Shown: in pieces, positions 61,209 through 64,000 of the stretch
Layout: each line of letters opens with the position of its first letter
Position numbering within the stretch: the first letter of the stretch is position 1
The notes under the pieces: generated by a model
The model's database searches: none
Seen by the model: only the letters and a program-made list of their open reading frames with translations
What the model was told of the DNA's origin: nothing
Source of the DNA: Callorhinchus milii
Taxonomy: Eukaryota
Length of the DNA: 64,000 nucleotides
Reading direction: 5' to 3'
NCBI RefSeq assembly: GCF_018977255.1
Contig: NW_024704743.1
Span: forward strand, 83,144,001-83,208,000
Translations under genes and position numbers: made by a program

Positions 61209-63849
61209 ATATGTTGACAGCACAATATAAAATTAAGGAACATAGCTCCTATTAAGAATAAATACTTAATTGATATTAATACAATTAACAGGTTAATGCA
61301 ATTAATAGAAGACATCATTACGTTGGAAAAATCTCAAAATCGGCACAGCAAATTGGTTGCAGCAACACCCCATACACAGAAAAGAGAGGAAAGACACTGA
61401 TTAATCTGTTGTTGGTGAATTTGGATGAGTGATGAATATTGTCCGGCATGTGGTGATATCTCCATACTCCTTAAAATAGTGTCATGGGATCGATCATTAA
61501 CATGTACTTGAACAGGAAGATGGGATCTGCGTTTAAAGTTGCTTTAAAGCATCTACTTCATCCGAAAGGCGACACCTCCAATAATCCAACACTCCATGAA
61601 TATCAATCGGACTACAAGCTCAAGAAACCACCAACTGCTAACCAAAAGTCAGAGTGCAAAACGGAACATCATTGCACCATTTGTAAATTTGCAATTTGTT
61701 ACAACTGGATAAGAAAGTCTGAGTTCATGGGATTGTGGGGATGGGTACAAGGGAACGCTATATGATTTGATAATTATCACTAGTGCTAATTATTAAATTG
61801 TTTATCATCCTTTATCACTTCATGTTTTTGCGACAGATACCATCCTGGTGTTGAATGTTTCTCAACAGATTTTCACTGACTCTTCTACAGCAAAGCTAAA
61901 TCTGCCAGTTAATATGCAGTGGATTTTTTTTACAAACCAATCATGGGATAAATTATTGTATTTATAGTAAATAGCGTCAAGCAGGAAACTTTCTGAACAT
62001 CTGCTGTCATGCCGTTGGTTTTCAGTCCATTCAGAGCAGTGTCCAGTTCTAATTACCAACAATGGCAGAATCCTTGGTTTTAATAAAACATTAAGTAATT
62101 TTTTTTTGAAAATTTCATTTTCATAATGTGGAGTTTGATGGGTTCTTTTGCAGTTCTTACATTATACTGATGTAAGACAGCGGCTTCAGCCCCTGCCTTG
62201 CTGGATCCCTGTTGTGATTCATTGAATTTAGACTTTCATTGCATTTTTGGGGAAGACATTAGTAGTAGAACAATATATATGTAGATACCATTAAACCAAG
62301 GCAATATTTCAAGTTTATTCCTAAATTCATATCAGTTGGCGTCTCCTCCCATTGTTTACAGGGCGTTGCTGTCACAGATTAGCTGCCGCTTTTGGCTGCG
62401 TAACAATTATCACGTATTTTCAGTCAGTTATATTTTGTAAATCTTTTTGAGACATTTTACGTGATTGGTGATATATAAATGCAAGTTGTTATACGGTGTT
62501 AAGGAAATTGTGCTCTGAGGCATTACTCTGTGTGAAGGATGCTATACAAATGCAAGTTGCTGTAGTTGTAAACTATCTGAGAGATTCCTAGCCACACTGT
62601 ATATGGCATGTTCTATGTAATTCCAGATTGCTCAGGAAAACTCCCATTTCAAAACCCCTCTGCTCAGGAATAGGTTTTTCTTTTTCCCAGGTCAATCCTC
62701 TCATAGCAGATTTTAACAATTGAATACAATTTACATTTATATAGAGCCTTTTGTGTCAGGAGGACGTCTCAAAGTGCTTCACAGTGCTGGATGGGCACCC
62801 GAGCAGAGGGAGGTAAAATTAATGTTTCACAAAGACAATGGGAATCACTGAGTATAGAGGAGAGGAGGGAGATTGTAAGGGTTTTGACTAAAGGCATGGT
62901 GAAAGAGAGAGGATTTTAAGAGGCTTTTGAAAGCATGGAGAGCAGCCACATGACAAGTGGATTTTGGAAGAGAGTACCCAGCAAGAAGCAGTGTCTTTAC
63001 ATAAGGAGAAAATTAAGGCATGGGGAGGAAAAAATTAAATAATGGAGGTGTTAGGTGTTCCCAAAAAGATATTTCTTACTCCATAGTTGCACTGGAATTA
63101 GTAAGTCATTTGGAAAGTTACAGGAATGCAGAACAACAAAGATGACCACAGCACCTGACAAAAAGTGCAATTAAGCTGAGTGTTTATGTTGTATGATCAA
63201 TTTCAGAATTATATTCTGATTTGGGGATTTGTGAAATCAGCTTAAATATTTTTGTCCTGTACAGTACCATAGTAAAATATTGGAGCATTCAGAACACAAA
63301 TCTTTTTGAAAACTTTTTATCCTTAGGTATCTTATATGGAACTTCTCTGATGGCTTAGTTGGTAAGCGAGTTCTGCACAGTGTAGAACTGAGCCACCCAG
63401 GTCCCACATTCATATGTGCAACATCGGTTGAATCTCGACAACATGCACTTGGTGTAGCTGTAGTAAAGTGATGTGATAGAAACACCAGTTTCTCAGCACC
63501 TCATGGCCTTTAGAGATATAGAAGTCACATAGGGGATGTGATAGTAGACTGAGTGAGCAACTGCGCAAAACTCCACTCCGCGCAACAACCTACATTTTAA
63601 AAGAGGAGGCCATCAATATCCTTTCCAGGTGAAGCACCAAACCAGTACTTTGCGCAGTCGATGTTCAGGCCCTATTTTTCACTTGGACACTTGCAGCCCA
63701 TATTAAGGTGCTGATAATGGATATGAGCACAAGATAAATTACATAAAAATTTGCCATTGTACGTGTCCATTAATTAATATTTGGGGCATGACACATGTGA
63801 TGACTTGTTCCATCAGTAGAACGCTGCATGTGATTTGAATCTCTCTCTA

Positions 63850-64000
63850 TCTCACCCTTCAGCAGCTGAAGCCGTGCCTTTGACACCTCGAGGCTAGACT
63901 TCACAAACGTTCCCTTTGTCCGCCTTCTCCATCCAGATGCTCCAGTTCCTCCGAAACTTCAGCTCATATCCTCTGCTGCAGTAGGTTCTGAACACCCATG
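63850..64000 (+). mobile_element. Degenerate L2 ORF2 fragment running off the window end
   Basis: gcagctgaa...gcctttgacacctcgaggctagact resembles the AAE...AF.TSRLD segment of the other L2 copies. Confidence 0.55.

Larger units (their letters stand above)
23135..64000 (+). other. TSHZ1: TSHZ1 intron 1 (>40.8 kb, continues past window end)
   Basis: Starts GTAACC; the multi-kb zinc-finger/homeodomain exon of TSHZ genes is absent from the ORF track. Confidence 0.85.

Overview
Vertebrate nuclear genomic DNA. The SINE/LINE content suggests a cartilaginous fish, possibly a chimaera; this is inference, not a database result. Only two short coding exons are present, arranged head-to-head about 3.15 kb apart (ATG to ATG). 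One is the first coding exon of PTGR3/ZADH2 (minus strand, 19940-19642); the other is the 40-nt first coding exon of teashirt TSHZ1 (plus strand, 23095-23134). The large second exon of each gene lies outside the window, so 1-19641 is PTGR3 intron and 23135-64000 is TSHZ1 intron 1. The introns are densely filled with truncated L2 and CR1 LINE 3' ends and three SINE families. A roughly 12.5 kb CpG-rich, microsatellite-rich zone around the two promoters has no transposon I could recognise, and several intronic islands carry clustered Pbx-Hox/Meis-type motifs (candidate enhancers). All other ORFs in the track are artefacts of simple repeats or decayed retroposons. I found no convincing new biological system; the best leads are regulatory or transposon-evolution observations. 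Repeat boundaries were read by eye and are approximate.
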